Origin: an uncultured Gammaproteobacteria bacterium
GTDB taxonomy: Bacteria; Pseudomonadota; Gammaproteobacteria; UBA9214
DNA: 64,000 nucleotides
Direction: 5' to 3'
Assembly (NCBI GenBank): GCA_963773065.1
Contig: CAVYZN010000017.1
Location: forward strand, 96,001 to 160,000
Shown here: positions 10,688 to 22,163 of the stretch, one piece after another
Numbering within the stretch: the stretch's first letter is position 1
How the letters are laid out: each line of letters opens with the position of its first letter
Position numbers and translations under genes: made by a program
The notes under the pieces: model-generated
The model's database searches: none
The model's input: the letters and a program-made list of their open reading frames with translations, nothing else
What the model was told of the DNA's origin: nothing

Positions 10688-12520
10688 ATGGACAAAAATC
10701 AACAGTCTCGACTGAAGCACCTTATTGAGAAAGGCAAGGACCAGGGCTTCCTGACCTATGCCGAGGTGAATGATCATCTTCCCGAGGAGATCGTCGATCC
10801 GCAGCAGATCGAGGATATCATCGCGATGATCAATGATATGGGCATTCTGGTGCATGAAGTCGCACCGGATGCGGACTCTTTGCTGCTCGCCAGTACCAAG
10901 AATTCGGCCGATGACGATGCCGCCGAGGAAGCCGCGGCCACCCTGGTCACCGTGGACAGCGAGTTCGGCCGGACCACGGATCCGGTACGCATGTACATGC
11001 GCGAAATGGGCACAGTCGAACTGCTCACCCGCGAGGGCGAGATCGTCATCGCCAAGCGGATCGAGGACGGCCTGAACCAGGTCATCATTGCGCTTGCTTC
11101 TTTCCCCGAATCCACGGCAACCCTGCTGCGCGCCTTCGAACGCGTGGAAGCCGGCGATATGCGTCTGAACGATCTTATCAGCGGCTTTGTCGACCCCAAC
11201 GCCGATGAGGAAGCGGCGCCGCGTGAGGAAACACTGTCCCCGCCCCCGGATGATGACGGCATCAGCGGTGACGAAGATGATGCCGATGCCCCCATGGTCG
11301 ATACCGGACCCGACCCAGAGGAGGCACGCAAGGTTTTCGCGGAAATGGAGAAAACCTATAGCCTACTGCAGAAGGCTTTCGAGAAAGGCAGTGGCAACCA
11401 GACGCGCATCGAGAAACTGCGCACACAGCTTGAACAGCAGTTTGTGATACTCAAGCTGGTTCCGCGCATCGTGGAAATACTGACGGCGAATCTGCGGCGC
11501 AACATTGACCGTATACGCACTCACGAGCGCGCCATCATGGACATCTGCATCAAGAATGCCGATATGCCACGCAAGGATTTCATTACCTCCTTCCCTGACA
11601 ATGAAACCAATCTGCAGTGGGTTAACAGGCAGATCGAGGGTAACCATAAATACTCCGCGCAGCTGGCGCAGTATCGCGATGAAATCCTGCGCATACAGAA
11701 CAAGCTGATTTCGATCCAGGATGAAGCGCACCTGTCCATCGCTGAAATCAAGGACATCAATCGCCGCATGTCCATCGGCGAGGCTAAGGCGCGCCGCGCC
11801 AAGAAGGAAATGGTGGAAGCCAACCTGCGTCTGGTGATCTCGATTGCGAAGAAATACACCAATCGCGGCCTGCAGTTCCTCGACCTGATTCAGGAAGGCA
11901 ATATCGGCCTGATGAAGGCCGTGGACAAATTCGAGTACCGGCGCGGTTACAAGTTTTCAACCTATGCGACGTGGTGGATACGCCAGGCCATAACCCGGTC
12001 CATCGCCGACCAGGCGCGCACGATCCGCATCCCGGTGCACATGATTGAAACCATCAACAAGCTCAACCGTATCTCGCGCCAGATGCTGCAGGAAATCGGC
12101 CGGGAACCAACCCCGGAAGAACTGGCCGAGCGCATGGACATGCCGGAAGACAAGGTACGGAAGGTCCTGAAGATCGCCAAGGAACCGATCTCCATGGAAA
12201 CGCCGATCGGCGATGACGAAGACTCCCATCTCGGGGACTTCATCGAGGACACCAACATCGCCTCGCCGATCGACTCCGCCTCTATGGAGGGCCTCAAGGA
12301 AGCCACGCAGGATGTGCTGGCCGGCCTGACGCCGCGTGAAGCCAAGGTACTGCGCATGCGTTTCGGCATCGACATGAATACCGACCACACGCTGGAAGAA
12401 GTCGGCAAGCAGTTTGATGTCACGCGCGAGCGAATCCGGCAGATCGAAGCCAAGGCCTTGCGCAAGCTGCGCCACCCCACCCGGTCGGAACCGTTGCGCA
12501 GCTTCCTGGAGATAGATTAA
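10688..12520 (+). CDS. rpoD: RNA polymerase sigma factor RpoD
   Basis: [52 protein letters not shown]. Confidence 0.98.
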   Translation: MDKNQQSRLKHLIEKGKDQGFLTYAEVNDHLPEEIVDPQQIEDIIAMINDMGILVHEVAPDADSLLLASTKNSADDDAAEEAAATLVTVDSEFGRTTDPVRMYMREMGTVELLTREGEIVIAKRIEDGLNQVIIALASFPESTATLLRAFERVEAGDMRLNDLISGFVDPNADEEAAPREETLSPPPDDDGISGDEDDADAPMVDTGPDPEEARKVFAEMEKTYSLLQKAFEKGSGNQTRIEKLRTQLEQQFVILKLVPRIVEILTANLRRNIDRIRTHERAIMDICIKNADMPRKDFITSFPDNETNLQWVNRQIEGNHKYSAQLAQYRDEILRIQNKLISIQDEAHLSIAEIKDINRRMSIGEAKARRAKKEMVEANLRLVISIAKKYTNRGLQFLDLIQEGNIGLMKAVDKFEYRRGYKFSTYATWWIRQAITRSIADQARTIRIPVHMIETINKLNRISRQMLQEIGREPTPEELAERMDMPEDKVRKVLKIAKEPISMETPIGDDEDSHLGDFIEDTNIASPIDSASMEGLKEATQDVLAGLTPREAKVLRMRFGIDMNTDHTLEEVGKQFDVTRERIRQIEAKALRKLRHPTRSEPLRSFLEID

Positions 12521-12604
12521 AAAGACGGAACGGTGGCCGACCACGCCGGAAAGCGGTTGGTCACCAAACGCCGCACGGCTATACTCTCCGCCCTGTGCGC
12601 ATAC

Positions 12605-12681
<77 letters not shown>

Positions 12682-12848
12682 TATCTCCTGGAAAATCTTG
12701 GCCTTATGACATTCGGACCGGGGGATCAGAGTCCCTTGGTGCAACCCATAGCGGGCGCATAGGCAGCAATTCGGGTGACCAACCTGTTTGCCAACCGGCA
12801 AGCCACCTGTGCGCATAGCTTACCGGCAAGGTGCCGGTGCTTCGTCCG

Positions 12849-13484
12849 TTAATTCGCGGGTTCAACCGCAATCGCCATGGATTCCGTACTTACCACCTCC
12901 ACGACATCACCTGCCTTCAATTCCTTGAGGTAATGCTCCAGGTGTGAGTCCTTCACCGATACGGTCCGATACCCCTTGTCGGGAGCGCGGAATGAGATGG
13001 TTTTCTTGTAAGGATCAACCTCGACAATTTCAACGGTTGTCGTGACCACCCGTTCGGCTTTCCCGGCCGGCTTCGCTCCGAGGGGAGCGGTCCTGCTCAT
13101 CCCCCCAGTAACTGTTGTCCCCAGATCGGGTTGCTCCTTACCGGGCTTGTGGATATTAAGCGCCGTGCCTTCATAGTATTTGATGTTGACCTTGTCGCCG
13201 ACTTTCACCTGGGGTAGGTTTTTCACCTCCTCACCTGCCCTGATGGTCACCAGCCGACCTTCGGGACCCTTGATGGTGACCAGTCGATTGGTCATGTCCA
13301 CCGCCTCTACCGTAGCCGTTGCCTCGATCAGCATGCCCGTGTCGATCTGTTCCGGCGTCGGGTAGAGATGTGTTGTATCCGGCGGCATTTTTTGCATTTC
13401 TGCCTCTAGTCCGGCAGCGAGCACTGCAGCCGGCAGTGATAGTGCCAGTACGGCAGAGAGAATCAGGTTTGTTGATTTTTCCAT
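12849..13484 (-). CDS. Exported hypothetical protein with two tandem OB-fold-like repeats
   Basis: Signal peptide, GAGGAG RBS, internal repeat (ATVEAVD..RLVTIKGPEG..VKVGDKV / VEIVEVD..KTISFRAPD..LKAGDVV). Confidence 0.7.
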   Translation of the reverse strand: MEKSTNLILSAVLALSLPAAVLAAGLEAEMQKMPPDTTHLYPTPEQIDTGMLIEATATVEAVDMTNRLVTIKGPEGRLVTIRAGEEVKNLPQVKVGDKVNIKYYEGTALNIHKPGKEQPDLGTTVTGGMSRTAPLGAKPAGKAERVVTTTVEIVEVDPYKKTISFRAPDKGYRTVSVKDSHLEHYLKELKAGDVVEVVSTESMAIAVEPAN

Positions 13485-13580
13485 CTTGAAATCTCCTCGT
13501 TGTTTAAACAATGTAAAAATAAAGATACCTAACGCTGAATTCTGTCCTTGCCTTCAGTATCTTTAACGCCATGTTACCGG

Positions 13581-13712
13581 TGTTGTTTTGCAGCGAATGT
13601 TGACCCGGGATTTCCATTGAACTTTGACCCATCCTGTTGAGCCGAGTATGTCTCAGCACACGGTCATTTTTCCAGGTTTCCCTCCTTTTCGATACTGGCG
13701 GTGCTGTTCTTG
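13581..13712 (-). mobile_element. IS21-family right-end remnant with the last istB codons
   Basis: TGTTG terminus with repeated TGACCC boxes; aligns with 22164-22280. Confidence 0.65.
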
Positions 13713-13713
13713 A

Positions 13714-13860
13714 TCAAGCCACGTCCGCATTCTTGTTGATCTGTCGCAGTGTCTCGATGATCTTCCTGCTCTCCTGCTCGCCGAGCACGCCCTGATCGTT
13801 GATGTTGGCGAAGGGTGTGTCGAACATCGCCTTGGGTTCCATGACACCGTTCTGCCTGAA
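13714..13860 (-). pseudogene. Fragment resembling a type I restriction enzyme HsdR C-terminus (EcoEI-R-C-like)
   Basis: Manual translation FRQNGVMEPKAMFDTPFANINDQGVLGEQESRKIIETLRQINKNADVA*. Confidence 0.5.
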
Positions 13861-14374
13861 ATTTCAACAGTCCCGAAATAACCGATAGTTAGATTGCTTC
13901 GAGGCGATCCGTCGGATAACGGGAACAGGGCCGTGGGGTCGCGAACCCCTCCCTTCGTCGTCCGGTACCCGATGGCGGGCGGATGGCTGCTTCAGTCCCC
14001 CGCCAAGTGTGCCGGTCACATCGACGGATTACGTTTTTAAGATACTGTCCTGAAAGTAATAATCAATTATCTGCGCCATCGCGCAGATTCCCGGTCTGAC
14101 TCAACAGTCCTGCACCGTCAATCGTCAGGCGATGAAATCCAGTGGCGATTTTCTCATATCGCAATTTGTTTAACCCCTGCGAACACCCCGTCCGGGAACC
14201 CGCCTTGTTGCTTCTGAAGATGGCTGTTGAGCATTCGCTGCTGGTTCTGTGCGCCGGATCACACAAATATTTTTGACTCGTGCCGTTACCTATCTGGTGT
14301 GGTCCATCAGCACCGGTAACACGCCCTGATGCACCTGGTTACCAATCGGAAGGGACTCACTGAGGAACTGATTT

Positions 14375-15622
14375 ATGAAAGAAACCTTAATCAATTACCC
14401 GCTGACCATCCGGGTCACGCAACTCGGACTAATCAAACTGCTGCTGACACTCAGTCTTGCCACGGCGAGTCTACCGACCTTCAGCGCCAATAATCTTGCG
14501 CCGGTAATCAGCGGGATGCCGGCCACCTCGGTGGCGGCGGGCAGCAGCTATAATTTCCGGCCCACTGCCACGGACGCCAACGGGGATAGATTGAGATTCA
14601 GAATCGCCAACAAACCCGCTTGGGCGAACTTCAGCAGCAGGACCGGGCGGCTCAGCGGCACGCCCGGGTCGGGCAGTGCCGGGACCTACAGCAACATCGT
14701 GATTTCGGTGTCTGACTGGACGGCGCGCGCGCGCCTGCCGGCGTTCAGCATCCGGGTCAATTCCGCAACGACGACCACCAATCGCGTGCCGGTGATCAGC
14801 GGCACACCGGCGACTTCGGTGTTGGCTGGCAACGCCTACGCCTTCCAGCCGAGCGCCACGGACGCCGACGGGAATACGCTCAGTTTCGGCATCGGCAACA
14901 AGCCCGCCTGGGCGAGCTTCAACACGTCGACCGGACGCTTGAGCGGTACGCCCGCGACAGGCAACGTCGGGACCTTCAACAACATCGTGATTTCGGTGTC
15001 TGACGGGAAGTCAACCGCCAGCCTGCCGGCATTCAGCATCCAGGTCAATGCCACAACGACTACCACCACCAATCGTCCGCCGGTGATCAGCGGCACACCG
15101 GCGACTTCGGTGTTGGCCGGTAGTGCCTATGCTTTCCAGCCGAGCGCCACGGACGCCGACGGGAATGCGTTGACCTTCAGCATCAGCAATAAGCCCGCCT
15201 GGGCGACCTTCAGCACTGCGAACGGTCGCCTGAGCGGCACACCCGCGACAGGCAATGTCGGAACCTACGGCAACATCGTGATTTCGGCGACTGACGGGAA
15301 GTCAACTGCGAGCCTGCCGGCGTTCAGCATCCAGGTCAATGCCGCTTCGGCCCAGACCGGAACTGTCACCCTGAGCTGGACGGCGCCCACCAAGCGCGCT
15401 GACGGCACGCCGCTGTCCCTCGCAGATATCAACGGCTATCGGATCCATTACGGGAAATCGGCCGGTGACTATACCGGTCATGTCAACCTGGCTGATGGTA
15501 CCGCACAGCAAGTGACCCTGATCGATCTCCCCCTCGGCACTTATTACCTGGTCATGACGACCTACGATGTCGTTGGCCTTGAAAGCGGTTACTCGTCGGC
15601 GGTAACCAAGAACGTTCAATAA
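14375..15622 (+). CDS. Secreted protein with three putative Ig (He_PIG-like) domains and a C-terminal fibronectin type III-like domain
   Basis: Signal peptide; 3x PVISG.PATSV.AG..Y.F.P.ATDA.G..L.F.I.NKPAWA.F....GRLSGTP; C-terminal TLSWTAP..DGTPL..GYRIHYG. Confidence 0.85.
   Translation: MKETLINYPLTIRVTQLGLIKLLLTLSLATASLPTFSANNLAPVISGMPATSVAAGSSYNFRPTATDANGDRLRFRIANKPAWANFSSRTGRLSGTPGSGSAGTYSNIVISVSDWTARARLPAFSIRVNSATTTTNRVPVISGTPATSVLAGNAYAFQPSATDADGNTLSFGIGNKPAWASFNTSTGRLSGTPATGNVGTFNNIVISVSDGKSTASLPAFSIQVNATTTTTTNRPPVISGTPATSVLAGSAYAFQPSATDADGNALTFSISNKPAWATFSTANGRLSGTPATGNVGTYGNIVISATDGKSTASLPAFSIQVNAASAQTGTVTLSWTAPTKRADGTPLSLADINGYRIHYGKSAGDYTGHVNLADGTAQQVTLIDLPLGTYYLVMTTYDVVGLESGYSSAVTKNVQ
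14492..15350 (+). repeat. Three tandem ~290-bp intragenic Ig-domain repeats
   Basis: Units start near 14492, 14780 and 15071, joined by Thr-rich linkers. Confidence 0.9.
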
Positions 15623-16019
15623 GTATCAGGACAGCACCGCTGGACCGGAACCAGTGCATGTGGCGAGATGGTTTTCTGGGGAACAGATTATGTGCCAGAC
15701 AAGCTGGTCCATGACCGCAACACGTGGATAGGCGGACTGGAAAAACAGCAATGTGCATTGTTGTGTATTGAGCAGTAGAGAAAGCAGCGCGACACACCAG
15801 CAGTGACCTGACCTTCAATACAGCCAGTTCAGCCTTCCCCGCCGTTCGGCCTCTCGCCGCTCCTGCATGACCCGCTCCTGCTCGCGTCGCTCATAGGCCG
15901 CCAGCAGATATATAAACTCCTGCAACACCATCTCGCGGGGCATTCGCTTGATGGCTTCCATGCAATGAATCTGGCATGGCCCGTGGCGGGGTGTCCGTCA
16001 GATGTGTCTGCATGACCGT

Positions 16020-16141
16020 GTACATATTTGTACGAACAGGTAATCTGCCTTTTTCATGATCAACATCAACAGCCAGTCAGGTGGTGCGTGGTAAGGTTTT
16101 CCCCGATCAGCCAGTAACACAATCAGGCTGGAATAACTAAG
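16020..16141 (+). repeat. Non-coding leader repeat, copy 1
   Basis: Aligns with 22414-22540 (AGGTAATCTGCC..TTTCATGATCA.CATCAACAGCCA...TCAGCCAG.AACA..AATCAGGCTG..ATAACTAAG). Confidence 0.8.
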
Positions 16142-16187
16142 TGCTCGCTTTAGAATTAATTCACATTAACTGTTGATACCTTATCTG

Positions 16188-16582
16188 TATCTACTACACA
16201 CCCGAACCTCGGGGCGCAACTACCGCTTCGACTACGAGGAAGCAGACCACATCGAACTGCTGACGCTGCTCAAGAGTCTGCCCTGCAACGTCATTCTCTC
16301 CGGCTACCCCTCAGCCCTGTACGACGAGCGGCTTTCGGGGAGTGGCGCCGCCTGGAACTGCAGGTCATGAACCAGGGCGGGGTGCGCACCGAAAAGCTCT
16401 GGTTCAACTTCACCCCCGACCGGGTGCACTGGGCCAGTTACGCGGGCAAGAACTTCACCGACCGGCAACGCGTCAAACGCAAGGCCGCGAACTGGGGGAA
16501 GCGCTACCAGGCGCTGCCCCGGGCGGAGCGGCTGGCGGTGCTGGCTGCCATGATGGCGGTTGAGGCCGCGCAGACGGCATAG
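16188..16582 (+). pseudogene. 5'-truncated, frameshifted Dam-like DNA adenine methyltransferase upstream of the IS66-type transposase
   Basis: YLLHTRTS..YRFDY...DHIELL..L..LPCNVILSGYPSALYDE.L..W....TEKLWFNF matches the region just after DPPY in this family. Confidence 0.65.
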
Positions 16583-16606
16583 CTCCGTCTGGGTGAGGCG
16601 CAGCTC

Positions 16607-18058
16607 ATGGCCAGCGTCAACAAGGCATCCCTCAGGGAAGAGTTCGATGCGCTAAAGGGAGAATTCGAGCGCCTGTGCGCCGCTGGCAAGCTGGCGGCGG
16701 AAAGCCGCGCCCTGTTCCAGGCCCTGCTGATGCTGTTCGAGGTGCTGATGGCGGTGTTCATGGAAAAGCACACCGCCAAAGACAGCCGCAACTCCAGCCT
16801 GCCTTCCTCGCAGACGGCAAAGGACGACACCGCGGCGATCCAGCCGGGCGCCAACGGCAAGGGCAAGGCGCAGAACGGCGTCCTGTCCGGCAACACGCGC
16901 ACGGTGGAGACCGTCCAGGTCGCCCCCGTCGACCAGTGCCGGAGCTGCGGCGAAGACTTGAGCGAGACGCCCTGCCAGGGACACGAACGGCGTACCCGCA
17001 TCGACATCCTCTTTGAAAAGGTGGTGAGCCACGTTGACGCCGAGATCAAGCAATGCCCCCACTGCCAGGCGCAGACCAAGGGTCAGTTCCCGGCGGACCT
17101 GTCCGGCCCGCTGCAATACGGTCCAGGGATCAGGGCGTACGTCCTGAACTTGCTGATCGCCCAGATGCTCTCGCTCAAGCGGGTGCAACAATCGATCAGG
17201 ACACTGATCGGTCTGGCGGTCTCGCAGGCGACGCTCCTCAAATACGTGATGCAGTTGCACCATGCCCTGGCGGCCTGGGAGCAAGCCGCCATGGAACAGA
17301 TCCTGGCCCTGCCCGCGATGCATGTGGACGAGACCTCGTTGCGGGTCAATAAAAGGAATCACTGGATCCATGTCTGCTCCTCAGGCGAGATCACGTTGAA
17401 GTTCCTGCACCCCAAGCGGGGGCGCGCGGCGATTGAGGCCATTGGCGTGATCCCCCGCTATGGCGGGGTGGTGATCCATGACTGCTGGGCCTCCTATCTC
17501 GCCTATGACCAGTGTGGCCATGGCCTGTGCGGTGCGCACCTGCTGCGGGAGTTGACCTTTATCGTGGATGCCAATGGTTACCCCTGGGCGGCGCATATGA
17601 AGCGCCTGCTGCAGCAGACCTGCTGCCTGGTCGCAAAGCGGAAAAGCAAGAAGCTGACTCAGGGCGAATACAAGAACCTGCAGAAACGCTATCGCACTAT
17701 CCTCACCCAGGGCGAGAAAGAACTCCCACCCATTCCCTCCAGACAGAACGGCAAGCGCGGCAGGATCGCCAAGTCAGACGCCCATAACCTGTGGGAACGC
17801 CTGAAGCAGCATGAGGCGGCCGTATTGCTCTTTGCCAAACTCTCGCCTGTGTCCTTCACCAATAACCGGGCCGAGCGTGACTTGAGGATGAGCAAGGTCA
17901 AGCAGAAGGTGTCGGGCTGTTTTAGAACAAGCCAGTACGCCGAGGCCTATTGCCGCATCTCCAGTTACTTACAGACCATGGCCAATCAGGGATACAATCC
18001 ACTGGTTGCGATCCAGTTGGCCTTCTCTGGGCAGCTTTATGCTGTAAGGGGTGCGTAG
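16607..18058 (+). mobile_element. IS66-family DDE transposase (no tnpA/tnpB); right end at ...TAGTTAC 18062, left end missing
   Basis: DSRNSSLPSS, CxxC...CxxC zinc finger, HVDET, CGAHLLREL, FTNNRAERDLR. Confidence 0.92.
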
Positions 18059-18479
18059 TTACCTTTTCTCAATCGGAACAATTAAATCGACGCGGCGCCG
18101 TGGCGACGGCTGATATTGGGGCGACTGACACCTCATTTACGGTCGATGCAACAGATAATGCAACGACAGGATTCCCGCAGACTGGCAACTTCCAAGCCAC
18201 TCTGACAAAGGACACCACTCATATTGAGGACGTTCTTGTTACGGTTGGCGGTCCTACCACGCTGAATGTTGTTGGCGGTGTTTCTGGAAGGGCACAGAAT
18301 GGCACAACTGCCGTCGATATCAGCGTGGCAAATAACATTGTTCAGATTGTTGAGTCAGATTTCCTTGGTAACGGCGGGACGGGCGCTTATTGGTCTCGCG
18401 TTTCTCTCAACTCAGGCAACAAGTATATCGGTATGCAGCCTGCTGTTGGCGCACTTGTACAATACTCCAAGCAGCTTGC

Positions 18480-19902
18480 GGGTGTGATTCAAACTGATGT
18501 GGAAATTTGATCATGCTGCTTGCTTCAAATCCTTCGCCCAATACGCATCCCACTGACGGTTCGCACGATTGAGTCGTAAGGCCAACATGTAGTCGGCATT
18601 TGCCGCACGCCACCAGGCGCCCGGGCGCTTTAATCGCTGTTGGACAATGTAGCGGTGGGCGCTTTCAATTTCTCCTGAACCAATCGGTAAGTCGTGGGCC
18701 AGCGCGCCTTGGTAATTGAGTTGTTCGCGCCGATGGCTCAGATACCGGTGGCACTGCCTCACGGGCGCATCGCTGTCCTGTACATCGGGTGCTTCAAGAT
18801 GCGGCTGTAGCGCTTGCAGGAGTTCGTCGGCTCGCTGTGTTTTGAGTCGGATTTTCTGCTCGTCCAGCCACGTTTTTTGCCCATCTGCCCGGGCTACGAT
18901 GGTCTTGGCGGCAGCACTCAGGTAGTCGCACACAGGGTAGAAATCAAGCAAGTAGCTGCCCTGTGCGCCAAATTGGTCTTCTACCTGATCGGCGATCCAT
19001 TGCGCCCCATCGCCCACGGCATGAATACGGGTGACAGCGCCAAATCCGGCCTGCCGGGCGCAGTCAAAGAGCTGCTGCCCCGCTGTGGCGACGTCGCCTT
19101 GCAGAGTGCCGCCATAGGCCAGCGTCTTGCTTCCCTGTGGGTGTGCCAGGCAGATTTTGGCCTCTTTCCATTGCAGCTTTTTACCCTTGCGTTGGTCTGG
19201 CTTGCTGACATCCGGCTCTACTATGGGCACCATCCCACCGTCCATTTCGACGATCACGACGGCGCTGCTGCCGGGCTGTGTGGGCCAAGCCAGGGGCATC
19301 CTGGCTGTCTCGAATATCTTTTGGGCGTGTCCCTCGGTAATGCGGCGAATAGTGCTCTCGCCTAGAACAATGCCATAGTGTTCAACCAGTTTGTCCATCA
19401 CTTGAGCGAAGGCCTGGTCAGCCCCAAAGTCGGTCACTGCGCGCTGCAGCGGGCGCGAACAGCCTCGGTGGCTGACGTTGGCGCTTTGCGCAAAGGCGCG
19501 CACCCGCTTGGTTCCGCAACGCAATTGCGGCTCCTCTGCGCTGATGTCACCAAAGGTGGTGTGCCAGCAGAGTTTTTTTACCCTCGCGTTGCACTTGTCC
19601 ACCCCGGCGAACGGCTTGTTCCGTTATCTCGATTTGCCTGTTCGCCCAGGCTTGCATGGCCTCTTGACCCATACGACGTAGCTCTTCGATCAGACACATC
19701 TCGGCGGCATCGGCTTCTCTCAAATCTCCGGCTGAGTCTTCTATGACAGCAAGCATCGACGCTATTCGGCTTTTGATTTGCGGGTTTGCATTGAGCCCCT
19801 TCATGATCGCTTCGTCGCTCGGCATCTGTTGCTCCGTCATGGCTTGCCCTTTCGCGTTGGATAAATTCGCCAGATTACGCCACATCAGTTTGAATCACAC
19901 CC
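18480..19902 (-). mobile_element. ISKra4-family IS, 1423 bp, transposase in two frames (19547-19885 and 18511-19602)
   Basis: 23-bp perfect IRs GGGTGTGATTCAAACTGATGTGG; 9-bp target duplication GCAGCTTGC; MDGGMV, GDGAQWI, PIGSGEIESAHR. Confidence 0.9.
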
Positions 19903-20357
19903 GCAGCTTGCCATGATGAGCTTTGTATTTGATGGCTCAGAATTTGAGTTTTTGTGTTTTGGCAGCATTGGGTTCCTTGTTATCGCTGATGGAGTAATCC
20001 AGCACGCTCCAAACGATTTTATAGAAAGTCCATATGCAGGAAGCTACTGGCATAAGTTTGATTTCGGCTCCCGCAAGACTAGAAACATTGTCATCGTATA
20101 CAGTGCCACAATAGCCGCTGTGGCATTTGCAGCAACAGATACTATGCTGCCTTGGGATCGTTCTTCCGACGTGACAATCTCTTGGGATGGTGATTCCTAC
20201 GGTCAAACGGAAGGCTATACATTAGGCAGCAGACCGAATGGCGGTGGTCTTGGATTGTTTCTCGAAACCATGTTGCGCTTCGGCATAACGAACGTCAACG
20301 TAGTTGCGAATATCGGTGGGACAGGGTATCTGTCAGAAGCACCACAGTCACCACCTA

Positions 20358-21525
20358 GTGTAGTGCGTCAATTAGAAGTGCTCTTATTCAATGCGGCGCG
20401 AGCGCGGGTGACCTTGGCGAGGATGTCGCTGGCCTTGGCGGTCCAGATGAACGGTTTTGGTTTGGCGTTGTGCGCTGTGATGTACTCATTGATAGCGGCC
20501 TCCAACTCGGCCACGCTGGTGAACACGCCGCGGCGGATGCGCTTGTCGGTGATGTCGCGGAAGAAACGCTCGACCCTGTTGAGCCAGGACGCGCTGGTGG
20601 GCGTGAAGTGCATATGAAAGCGCGGGTGCTTGGCCAGCCAAGCCTGGACCTCGGGGTGCTTGTGGGTGGCGTAGTTGTCCACGATCAGGTGCAGTTCCTT
20701 ATTCTTGGGCGTCTTGCGATCGATCATCTTCAGAAACCGCAGCCATTCCTGGTGCCGATGGAGTTGATCGGTCATCGACAGCACTTGGCCGGTGAGCATG
20801 TTCAGTGCCGCGAACAGCGTCGTCACGCCATTGCGTTTGTAGTCGTGCGTCATCGTCGTTCCCCGCCCGCGCTTGAGCGGCAGGCCGGGCTGCGTGCGGT
20901 CGAGCGCCTGAATCTGCGTCTTCTCATCGCAGCACAGCACCAGCGCGTGCTCGGGCGGATCGAGGTACAGACCGACGATGTCCTCGAGTTTCTCGATGAA
21001 GCGCGGGTCGTTGGAGAGCTTGAAGGACTCGACCCGATGCGGCTTGAGCCCATGGGCGCGCCAGATGCGGGCCACGGCAGACGCGCTGGTACCCAGGCGG
21101 GCGGCCAAGCTGCGCGTACTCCAGTGCGTCGCTCCTTCGGGCGTCTCCTCAAGCGTGATGCGCACCACCTGTTCCACGTTGGCGGCTTTGCGCGCCGTGC
21201 GCGGGCGCCCCGGGCGCGTGGCATCTTGCAACAGACCGTCCACGCCAGCGGTGAGAAAGCGTGCTCTCCAGCGCGCTGCAACGCGGCGGTCAGTGTCGAG
21301 CTTCTGGGCGATGTCCTTGTCCGACATTCCGTCGGCCGCCAGCAGCACGATGCGAGCGCGCAGCTGAACGCGTGCTTCGACGCGCTTGCGCTTGGAGAGA
21401 ATTCGCAGGCGTCGATCATCGTCGGCACTCAACTTGACTGGCTTGGCAACTCGCATGGCACTGTCCTCCTGTATAGTTGGAGGCCAGATCGCCATATAAG
21501 TTCCGTTATTTATGACGCACTACAC
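20358..21525 (-). mobile_element. IS630-family IS, 1168 bp, intact transposase (20368-21456/21495)
   Basis: IRs GTGTAGTGCGTCA / TGACGCACTACAC, TA duplicated; THWSTR, DEKTQIQAL, DNYATHK, SWLNRVERFF. Confidence 0.95.
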
Positions 21526-22163
21526 TAGTTTCCCACATCCGAAATTCAATGCGCTCAATCGTATTGCCGCTACCACGTCCAGTTTAGAAACAACGATTTT
21601 CTTTGCAGGAAATGGTCACAACGACTGCAACCTTGGAAAACCTACGGACGTTGCTGCCAACATCCACGCGTACTTTGCTGCGATCAGAGCGGCATGGCCC
21701 AGCACGGTTATTGTCGCAGCGGAGTATTACCAGCAGGGCGCCGGATCAACTTCGCCGGCAGCTTTTCAGCCCTACGCCAATATGCTCGCGCAGGAACCGG
21801 CTATCCTCGCGGGACTTGAATCGGCGGGAGGACCTTGGGTTTATATCAATACAATGGAAGGTACGTGGCAGAACAGTAACGGCGCGAGCGGTGTTTTCAA
21901 TACGCTCGGAGTACCGCTGATCACTGGAACAGGATACGGAGGTGCGCCGGGATACGCAGGTGGTCACAGCACTGGTGTCGGTAACGCCGATCTGATGATC
22001 AGAGACGATGGCGTGCACCCTTCTAACATCGGTGCGCATTATCTAGGCGATGCGACGGCAACTGCTATCATTGCAGGTGTGCTGGCGCTCTAACGGTGTG
22101 GCACCAAGCTGTCGGGGGGCCTTGCGTATGGCAGAAAGTGGATCATGTCAGATGATGCGCCTG

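Larger units (their letters stand above)
18063..22093 (+). pseudogene. SGNH/GDSL hydrolase-domain protein split by two IS (pieces 18063-18479, 19912-20357, 21528-22093); 5' end lost at the IS66 boundary
   Basis: Pieces join in frame after removing each IS plus one target copy; GDSY, GGTGY, GHND and DGVHP blocks. Confidence 0.85.

Noticed and set aside
14492-15350. Diversity-generating retroelement TR/VR pair
   Set aside because: These are in-frame domain repeats within one gene, the differences are not adenine-specific, and no reverse transcriptase is present.
17950-18510. ORF 17950-18510 (also 19913-20617 and 21512-22093) as independent genes
   Set aside because: Their starts or ends lie inside IS sequence; they are pieces of one interrupted gene.
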